Positions 23,801-36,200 of a stretch of 64,000 bases of DNA are shown piece by piece. How positions within the stretch are numbered: the first letter of the stretch is position 1; every line of letters starts with the position of its first letter. The position numbers and the translations under genes are program-made. This stretch comes from Takakia lepidozioides (taxonomy: Eukaryota; Plantae; Bryophyta). The notes under the pieces were generated by a model. The model had not been told where the DNA came from and ran no database searches. It saw nothing but the letters and a program-made list of their open reading frames with translations. The stretch lies in contig CM060734.1 of NCBI GenBank assembly GCA_030704615.1, positions 62,806,001-62,870,000 of the forward strand. The letters run 5' to 3'.

Positions 23801-25442
23801 TTTCTGTTCACATGAACCAATTTCACTTGCAGAGGCCTTCCAGACAGTTCGGCCTTCCTGATGGTGAGTGACTGCTTACAGGCAAAACAGGGGCTTCACC
23901 TTAAACCCTTCACTGGAAACTCATCAACAGAGTTGGTAAGGTTTGGAATTTAGCAGCACGTTTCAAAGACAAAGCTTTCCATGTCAAGAAAGGTGTCTAC
24001 AAGGGTGTTTGTCTATAGTTCAATCTTGTCATTACTCTTCCACCCTCTGCTTTAACATCTTATGCCACAAATTCCAATAGAGGTTCCAGACTTCGCAGGG
24101 TATGCCAGGAAAACAATCAGAAAGGATAAACAGGTGTGAAAATGGGGCTCACCTCGGCTGCAACATGGATAAAAAAGTCATGTACATTGGTCATGACAGT
24201 TGGCAGAGAGTGCAACAGCGACAGTTGAGAGCCATAACTATTCTCCTTCCCTGTGGCCAACAGAAGCAGGCGCTCCAGCTCCTCAATGCGTTGTTGGTAT
24301 TTTGAGAGGAGGCGCTCAAATCTGGCCACTGTTTGCTGCAGAAATGGAGAGGGCTTTGCAGGAAGTGTACTGAAGAAGTCCAGCACTGCTGCTTGCATGG
24401 CTCCAAAACGAGGCTGCAACACCAGGAAAGTACGGACTGCCACCTCCGTCTGGCGTAAGAGCTGCTGGCTGGCTTCTGCCTGCCCTCCTCTCACTGCAGC
24501 TGCCTCCCTGATAACTGCCCCTGCCACACCGCCTAGCTCCTGTCCCTCAACCCTCCCTATGTTAGGGCACCACCCAGCAGCATGACCACTATACCTCTTC
24601 CTGTGCTGGCCCTCTCCCGACAAGTGAAATTAAGAATAACTCTCTGGGCTGTTACCAATTATAATTGGCAGCCCATCCTGCACAATGGAAGACACAGCCA
24701 AAGTCAGAAAATGCACCTGAGAGATGCGGGCAGCATCAAATTCGAAGCCCTTATGCAGGGCAGCAAAATTAGACCCACGATCCTTCTGCTCCAGTTGCCG
24801 ACTCTCCTCCCTGTACTCCTGCACCCTCTCCCTGGATCCCATTTTTCATATTCAGAACCCACAGTAATTATATTTTGCAGATTCCGGTAAAAAAATCCTG
24901 ATTGCTAGGCTCTGCCAAGCGAGAAGGATGGCCCAACAGACGAGGTTGATCTGGCCTTTCCAGGTTATTGCGAGGCTAGACTGGAGCAAGCGAACATAAT
25001 TACACTCCCAGAGAGGTGGGGGGCTAGCAGACCAGAATTCCGGCATGAAACGAAGATTCAAAACTGTGTAGAAGTGTACATGAAGGTCGTACTCAATGAG
25101 TTGATTTTAGAAAACTATCTGGGGGTAAAACGGGTCGCTAAGTCACAAGCCTGACGCCATACAGATAGACACCACTGAAAGATAGACACAGTTCGAGGTG
25201 GAAGCGTGCAGACACGTACTACAACAGGAAGGAATGAAGGGGGAGAATGGAGGTGAGGTGACTCACTCAATCTGCAAGAGAAGCTGTTGCGAATGAGGAT
25301 GAAGGTCCGTCCATTTGGCCTGGTATGACACCAGCAAGCCGTCCTTGCTAACAAGATGGATAGGGCCTCCCCCACCAGGCCCCTGCTGCTGGAAGGCTGA
25401 TCCCGGCTGCTCCTGCGCCGAGCGAAAGAGCGGAGACGACAT
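20865..25442 (-). CDS. NUP58: Nuclear pore complex protein NUP58
   Basis: Exons 25442-25267, 24831-24717, 24539-24153, 21929-21530/21533, 21291-21142, 21028-20979; terminal exon uncertain (candidate 20924-20865). Plant NUP58 motifs KWTDLHPHSQQLLLQIE, GFEFDAARISQELGG, KPSPFLQQTVARFE, NVHDFFIHVAAEVES, NPFLEAERR, plus a C-terminal SLFG/GLFG repeat region. Confidence 0.93.
22078..23056 (-). mobile_element. Cluster of 3' fragments of LINE family A in NUP58 intron 3
   Basis: Homologous to 39793-40767. Several 3' ends (GTACTCATAAGA-type on plus), most next to (GA)n tracts. Confidence 0.85.
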
Positions 25443-25849
25443 TATGGGTTTGTCTTCACCCCCTCCAACCCATGAATTCCACCCACCTCTACCAGTTATC
25501 TGCTCCTCAGGAATGAGAGCGTCGAGCGCTGGGCTTGCTCATCATCTCGGCCTCGCAGCAACCCACCCCCCACCTTTAGCTCTGGCACATTCTCAACTTT
25601 TGAATGAGAAGTAGGCCCGCTTTCTTTCATCCTTCGTGCGCAAGAATGCAATGAATTTAGGGTTTAGGGACGAGGATACTCGATTGATTTTAGGTGCAGG
25701 ATGGCCTTGTCGGATAGTCGCGCATGTTGTACGTCTATGCTGGAGATCTCTGTCGATGGGGCAGCCAATCTCTGAGCTCATCCAGCATCTATCCCTGGGA
25801 TTTTTCAGTAATCTCGTTTACTGCGAGACCGGAGAGGGTTGAAAGGGCT
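25443..25849. promoter_or_regulatory. Bidirectional promoter/5'UTR region shared by NUP58 and LSM11
   Basis: 407 bp between divergent ATGs. Telo-box TTTAGGGTTTAGGG near 25656-25669 and a site II-like TGGGCT near 25530. Confidence 0.6.
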
Positions 25850-28800
25850 ATGGAGCGCTCTTCGCCTTCGCTCGACTTTCTTTCTGTACGTCAGCCCTTG
25901 TTTTTCCCCATAAGAGTTCATTACTGTATCCTATATCCCTCATTATCTCTTTGTGTCTTTCGAAATTCTCGTTGTTCTTGCACTTAAAGCCATAAATTGT
26001 TTCATTGTTTCTGGAGCTGGAGGAAATCCTTTGGACGCTTCTTTTCTCCTGACAAATGGGGACGAAATTTTTTGAAGGAAGAATTTGATGCTTTGGAGGC
26101 TCTAAGGACCGAAGGATTGCAGCCTCCGAATCCGCGCGTGCGACCTCTTGACAATCTCAATAAGTGCCGGCGTATTCTGCCCCAGGTTTCTCTTCATTCT
26201 CTCTCTGCCCTAGGAAATGAATCCACTCCAAGAAATTGTCGCAATTACACCTAGAGTAGACGTGGGATTGCAAATGTACAGTGGTAGCTGTCTGATTGAA
26301 TTCCGCAGCTGTCCCATACTGGTTACAGAAAACCGCTGTCAACAGTGCGGATACCCTATTGTTTAATGTTTTCTTGGGGGAATCACGATACAGTGTTCAC
26401 CTCACCATTATTGGGCTTAATGTACACTACTGATTACGTAGCCAGGAATGTGTTAAATCTTTGGTGAATCATGCTTCGGAGATGGGCCTACAATTCACAT
26501 GGCCTAATGAGACACTCTTTCTCCATAGAACACTGAAATTCAGTTTTTTTTCCTGATGACTTATGAACATTTCATTTACGCAATCATCCTTTGCCCAGTC
26601 TGTCCATATCCCTTTATCCTCAGACACCACAATACAGGGCTTGCACTTGCTGTCCTAGTTACAACAGACGGTACTGTTACAAATAATCCTAAATTACTGC
26701 TTTCGGAATTAGAGAACGTTGATCAGAATACTTAGGGGTGTGAGTTCCCTAGTACACCTTTTTGGTGAGAGAAACCTGAGGACAGTGAACTTGGGCATCA
26801 CAGATTGTCTAACAGGGGCTGGTTGGACTTGTCTGTGACAGGAGGTGCCTGAGTCTCTCGCCAATGTGCCTGTCCGGGAGCCTCGAACACAGGAGTCGAT
26901 TGAAGCACAGCGGCGAGCCAAGGTTTAACATAGTGTTCCCTTCCACCTTTCTTATGTTGTAATTTGCCTTCCCTTCCTCTTCGTATCTCTATAAGTTTAT
27001 GAAAGGTCGATAAATAGAATGACTGAAGACTTACAAAAAGGGTCACCTGGGACAGGCTCGCACCTCATTGGTGCTTGAGAAGGTTGGGGAGCGTGCCCGT
27101 CAAACCAAGATTCTCGACCATCTGGCAGGTGGCTGTTGTATGTTTCCTATTTGTGTTTCTGTTTTCTCATCTGTCTGCAGCTCTTGTGTCAATGCGCCTG
27201 CACACCTTACAAGATGTATTGTATGTAATTGCTAAAGTAAGGCCTGGCCCGGCATTGACAGCATATTAGAGAGGGCTCTAGTTTGTATTTCGGTAGCACC
27301 GATTTCTGAAAAAATTGCCATGTTTTGTTTCAGAGAAGTTGAGGCAGGGCCCCCTGAGTTTACTGGTCGAATGCTATGAGCAGCGAGGTCGTGTGCAGAT
27401 ATGGACCCGCCATTCGCATGGTGTTCGGGGGGCACTGGTGGGATTTCTACAGGCCTTGGACAAGCACTTTAACATGGTACTCTCACCTTCTGTTTGAAGG
27501 TAAACACTCAGGGTTATCCTAGGTGGGTGATGAGGGATGGAGTTAGAGAGAAATAGTTCATTAAAGCCATAGATACAGATACCAAAGACAGGCAGAGGTG
27601 GAGATTATAAACTAGAGTGTGGCAGGCATATGCAACAAGATGTTCAGAAACAAACTTAAACTAGTAAATTGCACAGCTAGGGTCTGTCCCATTTGACCAG
27701 GAGTCGGAAGCTTAGAAGTAAGTGAATCCAACAGACACTGCAAACCCTATTGAACTTCTTGGGACAAAGTTGTATTGGGCACATGAAATGCAATCCCTTC
27801 TCAAGGCTGGCCACAGGTGGGAGTGACCAGAGACATTTTTGCTGAAATAAATTTGTGAGAAAGTTCGTAGTAGTTTTGAGAGTTACAGGACCACACTATA
27901 TCCATCTAATTCAGGACTGAGATGAGATGGGAGAAAAGAATTGCCAATTATTAGTATTTAGTTTGACCTTAAGTATATATTCCCAACACATTCGCTAGGC
28001 AGGCTACCTCACGTCAGTTAATTCTGGAACTTCAGCACAGTAGGACTGATCTTATACCAAATTTCCAACATTTCAGGCATTGAGTTGGTCACTGCTGCTC
28101 ATTGTGGGCCCAATTCTAAACACCCTCTGTAGTGAAATGGGAGCTTATCTGTCAAATTGCAGGTTTTGCAAGATGTCGATGAACAATATACAGGTCAGCT
28201 TGATCTCATATTCTCGCTCTCGTTCTGCCCAGCTTGTAGATTTCTTTGGGAAGCACCAGCAGCTACTTCTGTCAAAAACTAACTCATGCTGTACTGCCAT
28301 ATGCATGTCGATTTCTGCTTGAATTATTAGCCCACGTCATTACGTGTCCTCACCATGGAGTAGCTTCCTGTGAAAGTACACCTGCAGATGTCTTAAGATT
28401 CAGCTTTGTTGTAGTTATCATGCTTTTCTCTTGAAAGTAGTGATGTGTATATCTAGTGATTGGGGATGAAGACAGTTCCAATTTCACTGTCTGACTGAAG
28501 AAGAGGTTTAGCCTTGGCTCTAGGAGATTGGAACACTGGAGGCTGGGGTCAGATCTGTTCAGAGGTCAACTTTTTACTACTCTCACTTCTTTAGTCTTCT
28601 CTCTTCACAGTGGTACGCCGGGTGCCTCGGCCAGTGCGTAAACGGGGCCGTGTGTGGACAATTCAATCTGAAGGAAAAGATGAGGTAGACTCCCTAGCCA
28701 TAACTTCATTGGAGCCAGCGGCCCCAGAAGTTTGTGCTGAAGCAGTTGAGACCCTAATAAAAGAGATGAAGGAGGTAAAATTGTTTCCAAAGCTGGAAAA

Positions 28801-29387
28801 CCGGCGCCGACACCTCAAGCAGGCAAGTGCATGCACATGGAACTTCTTCACATTTGTGATAACTTAAACTTATCCTTCTCATTTCTGTACCTGGCAGAAC
28901 AGCCTATGACCTTCCATCTTTTCCAGTACAGATGTCAATGCTTTTAAGTTAAAAACCCACTAGTGCCCTGTGAATTGGGGTGTTTCTGGGATTTTCGAAT
29001 CTTTGCGCCTTATCTTCACCCTCTGAGAATGCTCCACGCCTCTTTGATACCACTGTAGCTACTGAAAGGTGTGTCGTCAACCTGTGACACTAAGATTTGA
29101 ATGGAAGAAGTTGATTGCTTTCAAGTGCCCTTCTTCTAACAGGGGGCAGTAAGGATCATCTACACTACCTCAGAGGAGGCTGAGCTAAATATTCCACTGA
29201 TAGCATCTACTGAGTTTAGGAAACAATAGCTGAACCCTTTTTGTGTTGAAGGATTTCCTGAGAATGATGATGCTTGTGAGTCATTAACAACTCGTCAATG
29301 AGTTTTCCTTAAGTTTTCTCTTCAATGCCATGTTCATCACAGGTCTTCGTTCGAGGAGCCAGCGTGGTGATGGTTCGCAAGTTGTAA
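25850..29387 (+). CDS. LSM11: U7 snRNA-associated Sm-like protein LSm11 homolog (242 aa)
   Basis: Exons 25850-25885, 26078-26185, 26842-26922, 27056-27128, 27334-27476, 28163-28193, 28611-28822 (GC donor), 29343-29387; 729 nt, all phases consistent, no internal stop. N-terminal LDFLSEEFDALEAL...PPNPRVRPLDNL. Sm1 GPLSLLVECYEQRGRVQIWTRHSHGVRGALVGFLQALDKHFNMVLQDVDEQY. Spacer of ~65 aa. Sm2 RRHLKQVFVRGASVVMV. Confidence 0.88.
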
Positions 29388-30235
29388 GCTGTTGCTTGAA
29401 TGGGCTCCAGAGCATGTCACCAGGCAAAGCATTGTGCCAATTCAGTGGATGGAGACGTTTAAAGTTGATGGATCTCGTGGTTTTGTTTGCTAGAGAGTTC
29501 AAAAGCTGCTATTGCACACATCTGCCATCAAGCTCTAACTAGCTCTGTCATAGACAACACCCTACTACAAGGGATCCACAGGATTGAGCGACTCTGTATT
29601 GTCAATCTGAAAAATGAAAGACCTCAAGTTCTGAGTTTTGTTAGCAACATAGGATGATTGAGGCACCACCTTCATATACGGTTTGTGATTCCTACCAAAT
29701 GCTTTCTTACATCGATGGCACTCTCCATTGGTTAAATACATGGTGTGATTCCAGCACCACTGCATTTGCAGAGGTTGGCTTAGCAAAAAATTTAGGCAGT
29801 TGTGGCACTATCAAATGAATCCAGAAGCAGGATGACAGTACCTGTTTGTTCAGGTTTAAATCCAGTCACAAAGGACTTGTGTTTGCAGTGTGCGGTAACT
29901 CCCTGGTGCAGAGTGGGTAAGAGTACCGAGAGCTCCAAATCTCTTGTACCAACACATGAATGACTTGATTGTGGAAGCAAGTAAGACAAACACTCGGAAT
30001 AGTGAGAGGGTGGGCAAGCAAACTCGCTTTGTAGTTATACTGTGATGAACAAATATGATGCTGCACATTTGACGACTAATCCCCACATGGACCCGGTGTG
30101 TTGGCCTGGGGATTACTTTGTATCCTCATCGGATGAATTATTAACGAATGTATGTTGAATGTCGGTGGATGAAGCACGCACGTCGAGTGTTGGAGCTTTC
30201 CTCGGGAGGGAGAGAAGTGAGAGAGAGGGAGAGAG

Positions 30236-33200
30236 ATGCAGGGATCGCAGGGGAGTTCGTATGGCCTCAAGTACCAGGTACGTTCGCTTTCACACAATAT
30301 CTTTCTCAATATCGTTAGGATATATGTTCCATTCTCTACGAAGAATCTGCTGTCTCTTTCCTTGTCTTCAATAATGCTCACTAGTTTACGTTAGTGATCG
30401 CATTGGTATTGAAGATGTTGTCCCTCCTGAGAAGTGTAAATAATGAGGAAGATGTGAGATTCCTCTTGGCACATCCATTCACGGCTAAATCACAATTGCT
30501 ATAGCAGTGCCAATAAGTACAATTTTTCCTTATTCTGTAAAAATTCAATAGCTATGCCCGTGCCCTGAACTTGCGTCTGGTGATTGCGCATGGATTGATA
30601 AATTGAATCATGGGCCATGTTGATATGCTATGGCCTCACACCCTTTCGTCGATTTTCTTGATTGCATGTCTGTGAGAGAGAGACAGAGAGATAAAACAAT
30701 GTGGAGAGTAAATACATTTGAAATCAAAGAAATGCACGGTGCTTGTGGAGCAGGCTAGATGTGTGGCAGCTCAGGCTGCTAACAAACAGTACACAGGCTT
30801 CCTGGTGGGCACTACGAGCTTGCGGGAAGAGAATGAGGTTTGTTTATCTTAAATCTTCTGGAACCTGACCGGCAGGTTGTTTTGAGAGTTTTCCTTACTT
30901 GCTTTTAGAGACACAGTTGAGTCCACCTTGATTTCAGCAAGCACTTTGAGATTTGATGTCTTAAAGGAAGATTTGGGGTCGCAGAAGATTGCTTGTTTCT
31001 AGTAATCAAGGATTTCTGACCTAATGTGCTTACAGAACATACAAATGTAAGCTACCAACTGAGGGGGTTGTCATAAAAAGGGTGGGTTTTTTCTACTGAT
31101 TACTAGCTCAAGTATGTACACAAAATGATGGTGTTGTTGCTGTCCACATTTTGGAGATCTTTGAGGTTCCCCTTGACCTCAGTGAGCATTGGTGGATTTA
31201 TCATGTTTGCAAAAATTCATATTGCTTCTCAAACTAGATTTGCATGTTCGGGATTGAATTGGGTAATTTCCACTAATGAAGGCATCATGCTGACCATATG
31301 TTCTTATGCAGTTTGCATGTGGAATTCGCCAACTGATGAAAATGAAACATTATTTCGTCTTCTTGTTTTCTGCTTGGGCCAGTCTCCACTTTCTGGCCGA
31401 CTCCTTCTTGTTGGTTATCAACTACAATACACACATGAAGCAATTCACGCCCATAGCATGAAAGGTCCATTAGTCTCAAGAGCATGCATCACGTGCAGCC
31501 TACAACCTGTTTTTGATACAGGTGTATCTAGTTATACACAAGTTTTAGGCGGCATTCCATTGATGACTTATTGAGAAAAGAATTTGGTGACAGCACGTAG
31601 TGACTGCACAGCCATTTCTCTCTTTCTGTGTGATGGAGCTTACTTTAGCTGTTATGTAAGACTGCACTAGAGGAAGCTCAATCTTGGCCAATGCATGTGT
31701 GGTGGAATGGGTAGGTACATCTGATTCGTCTTCTGGAAGACACTGCAGACATTGTTTGTGAAGGCTTGTACATGCATCAAAACGAGATATGGGACCTTGC
31801 AGCTTGTCCATTTGATTCACAGCTGTTCTCAACTGTCTATGCTTCTGGTAATCTATTACTAGGACCTCCTCTCTAATACCAATTTTTTGGATCAGGATCT
31901 TAGGAGAAGCTTGCAGTTCAAGGCAAGTGTTGTTTTACCCTTCACAATTAGAGACCCTCCTGCTGAACCTGTCTATGTAGTTCATGGAAATCCGTGATAG
32001 GGCTTGGAGCATTTGCTTGGCAGAAAATAGCTTAGTGTTCTTCTTAGATTTTGGAAAGCTTCTAACTGCAATGCCCTCGTCATAATTTCCCTGGTTATCT
32101 AATTTGGCAGTTGTGTGTTGTAGTATATTCATTTATCTACCCGAAAGGCTGGTGGGCTGATTCTAAATCTGCGGTTCTTGCATGCCTAGAGTTCTCAAGC
32201 AAGAAGGGAAGAGAGGATGTACTCATAAGATGTTGTTTGCCGTAGAAGGGTAGAGAGCAGGAAGAGGTATAGATGGAGAGAACTGGTGAAAACATGTTCA
32301 AGAGTGAATGCCATTTTTTGTGCGAGAGGTTAGGGAAGAGCTCTGGTAGAAACGAAAACTATGCTGCTTGACTTACTACTGATGCTTGGGAGATCTTTGG
32401 GACGTATACTCTGTAAGGGGCTGTGGAGCAGCATGATGGAATATACTTCTGCCTGGGTAGGGAGGTACTCTGCCACTGGAGAATGCTCAGTCTTAAAAAG
32501 AGGCAGCAATATTGCCAAATGATTTCCTCTGATGCTTGGGAGATGTTTGGAATGTGTTTGTAAGGGGCCGAATATGGAGCAGCAGTATGGAAGATACCTG
32601 AGCCTGGGCCAGGAGGTAATCTAGTTGTTATGCCACTGGAGAATGTTGCTTCTCTGCAAGGTCACACCCACATCATAATTTGGTATAGTGTTCCCCCTTT
32701 CTTTTGTGAAGTAATGGAGCTATATGATGCGTAGGCAATTTTGAGATGTCCTGGAAGGGGGGAAAGCACACAGCTTCTACACTAAAACTGCTGTGAGGAA
32801 GTATAAAAACACCCATCCAATTTAGGGACGGGTGAATTGTACCCATTAGGGAACACATTGACAGAAAGAAATACAGGCCGGTAACACAGGCCATGGCCGA
32901 TGTCGAGGGACGTGCTTGAGGAGACACTGCATGACAGAAAAGGGCATAGAAAGTAGCCCTTATAGTGGATAGAGGATGGGTAATGTAGAGTATTCATATG
33001 CAATTGAGTTGTGTACAGGAGTTTGACACTTATCACATAATTAAGCCGTTGCTCATCTGAAGTGATGTGGGTGTTCCTCTTTGCAGCACACTGTGGTGGC
33101 CATCAGCCCAACACCACCAGCTGGTGAGCATGGACACAGAGAATATATTTTTGTGGGATATTGACACCTCTGTGAAGACTGCACAGGTTTGCTTCCACTT

Positions 33201-36200
33201 TCATTAATCATCTGCCTATTCAGTTTTTCTATCAGTTTGGGAGGAGGGAGGCTTGATTGACTTGTTGCAAGGATGAGTATCCAAGCACCAAGTAAGTAAC
33301 TCTTGGTACCCTCCTTGGTGATCAAGTAAAGAATGGGGTCAAAGTTGGATTTGAATCAAGTGCCGGATGATATCTTAGCATGGAGGGATTGTATGCACTT
33401 ATAGGACATGCCAGAACAACAATAATCATACTTTCTTCCTTTGAGGGGATGTTGTAATGTTTCAGACACATTGCAGAAAAATGTTGCTAGCTGCTGATTG
33501 GTGGTTCACTGAGGTAGTAGGTTTAAGCACTTACAAGGAACTATCAAACTTCCATAATTGCAACTTCTGGTGAAAAGGCTGGGCAGAGCATGCCATGGTG
33601 CTGTGTTGTTGGCTTTTCTCCTTAGACATGTTACAGTGTGTAAATCTGAGATTCCACTAGTTTTCATGCCTTCTATTGAGCACTCTGTAATTTCCGATAT
33701 TGAATCTCGATAACGGCCATCATTGTGTGGGGTAGGTTGGGGCCCAGACATCAGTAGGGGAGCTCAGTCACCTAGCAGGAGGTCGTTGGGACCCGCATGA
33801 TGTCAACAACATTGCAACGGCCACTGATATTGCTGTTCAATGTTGGGATCTTCGCTCCATGATGTATTTCCGTTCTCCTGCCATGTCTTCAAGGGTGTAC
33901 ATAGTGATTGTCATGGCTTGCTTGTAGCTTAGCCTACCCTTGTGACTCAACTCTTGAGCTTTCAAGCGAGGTAAGGGAGATATATGTACTCATAAGACGT
34001 TGTTTGCCGTAGCCTTGAGGATTTCTAGAGGATATCTGGAAAACCCGAATTAATTCTATTTATAAAGGTAAGTCTTACTACCAATGTCAGCCCCTGACGG
34101 AGGTAGGTTCTGTCCCTTTGGTTTCCGCTCAAACTGGGCGCGGGGTCAATGGCCACAAGGCTACGGCAAACAACGTCTTATGAGTACATTCTCTTCTGCC
34201 AGGACTTAGCCTGACAGGGCGGTCCTGTTTCCAAGATATAGAGTCGATTAACTTAGGATATCTTGTGTTGGACATTTGTTGCAACTGACCCCACCATCTG
34301 ACCTTGAATTCATCTCGTCGGGAGCTTAAGGAAGGGATGCCAAACTCAACCCGAACAGCCACATTGGCTGTTTTGGAGCATGCTGACATGCACTCCTTAA
34401 GCACCCCCACTTGAATGGATTCTAGAGACTTAGCCTGGTTGGAGTTATCAACCCATATAGCAGATCTGTACTCCAAGGCAGGTCTAATAACGCGGCAAAG
34501 CAAGGTTTTCTTGACCTCAGAGTTAATCCCTCTGCAGTGGAAAAATTTAGTGAGACTCAGCGCTTTGCCCTTGCCAGTTTGAACAACTTTCTGGATATGT
34601 GCATCCCAGTTACAGTTGGAGGAAAACTCAAGGCCCAGGTATGTGTAGGAAGAGAGGACTGGAATCTCTTGGCTACCCCACTGCCACTTAAGATCACTTC
34701 CTCCCTCTCCTCTGTCGTTGAATGCCACCACTGCACATTTACTGACGTTAGCCTCGGTTGGAAGGAGTCTCCCCTATGCCTGCAAAGTCATCCGCAAACA
34801 TAGGGGCTGGAATGGTGGCATCACCCACCCTTAATCCAAATCCCTCACGTTCCACATCCTTGAGGAGTTGATTGATGAAAACATTGAAGAGCAGAGGGGA
34901 GAGGGTACATCCTTGAGCTACACCTTGGTCTATGTCAAAGAAGTTAGACCTCTGTCCATTAACAGTGACACAGCTTTTGGTGTGACAAGTTATGGACAAC
35001 TCTCCACATTTTTCCCTTGATCCCGCAAGACCAGAGGCGGAGCCATAGACCATCTCTCGAACTGTGTCATAAGCCTTTTTGACATCCAAGAAAAAGACAT
35101 AAGTGGGTTTCCCTTCTTTTTTCCTTCCCTGGATAATCTGGCTTAGAGTGAAGATATGATCCACACAGCCCCTGTTTCGCCGAAAGCCAGCTTGGCCTTC
35201 GTGAAAGCAACCTCTAGATTTCGAGACGAGTACTTATAACTCTGCAAAATATCTTGCCAACAGCATTGAGAAGCGTGATGCCAAGATAGTTCCCCGGGTC
35301 TTCTCTGTCACCCTTCTTATATAGATTGACAATGACCCCCTATCGCCAGCGAAAGGGGATCATTTCAGTCTTCCAGGAGAACTAGGGCCTCTATCATGGG
35401 ATCGCCACCGTGCTTGATAAGCTCGTTGACTATGCCATCAGGACCACCTGCTTTATATCCATTTAGATGTTGCTTCCGCAATCTCAGAAGAACTAATGGG
35501 AGCGTTGTAGGTTTTTGAAATATACTCCAGTTCATGAGGGCTGTTTTGAATCATAGGAACAGTTTTACCAACTGTGTCCTTCCATTCATCAGAGGACCCC
35601 TCACTGTTAGACCTAGAAGTTCTGCCAAGGATACTGTAGTGGGTTTCAAAGGTTTTGACACTGTCAACCGATGAAGTTACCACTGCACCCTTAGTAGTCT
35701 TCAGCGCTTGTACTTGTTGACAGCTTTTCGGCTTGTACAACCGTTGAAGGGCCAACCAGAATCTCTTGTCATTACCACCATGGTGGTTTGAGTTTATTTC
35801 ACTGTATAACTTGTCCCAGTATAATTTCTTCTGAGCCCTTACAAGCTGATTGATATCTTTACGGATCTGGTAGTACCCTGCCCACAATTCTTTGTTGGTT
35901 TTCAAATTGCAGCACTCTTTATAAAGTACTCGTCTCTCAGCTATCTTGAGTTTAATCTCATTGGTCCACCAATTAACAGCTCTACCGCAGACAATTAGTT
36001 TCCTCCCAATGATCTTGTCAGCTGCAGAGGAGACGAAACTCCCCAAGAATCCACTGCTCTTTCGACTTCATTTCTTGCATTGTCAGCGCGAGACCGAAGT
36101 TCTTGGAGCGAGTGGACAAAATGAGGGAGAGCCTCTTGCAACAGCCTTGACCTCTTCATTATGGAATTTTTCTATGCGCCACTTCTGAATCGAACGTTTC

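Noticed and set aside
27334-29387. Identification of the Sm protein as SmD2 or a generic LSm
   Set aside because: It lacks SmD2 signatures (INCRNN, AFDRHCNMVLENV, KMFLRGDS) and has the long N-terminal extension and long Sm1-Sm2 spacer characteristic of LSm11.
33864-33875. U12-type donor at DWA2 intron 6 (GTATTTCC)
   Set aside because: Does not match RTATCCTTT, and no TCCTTAAC branch site is near the acceptor at 37739.
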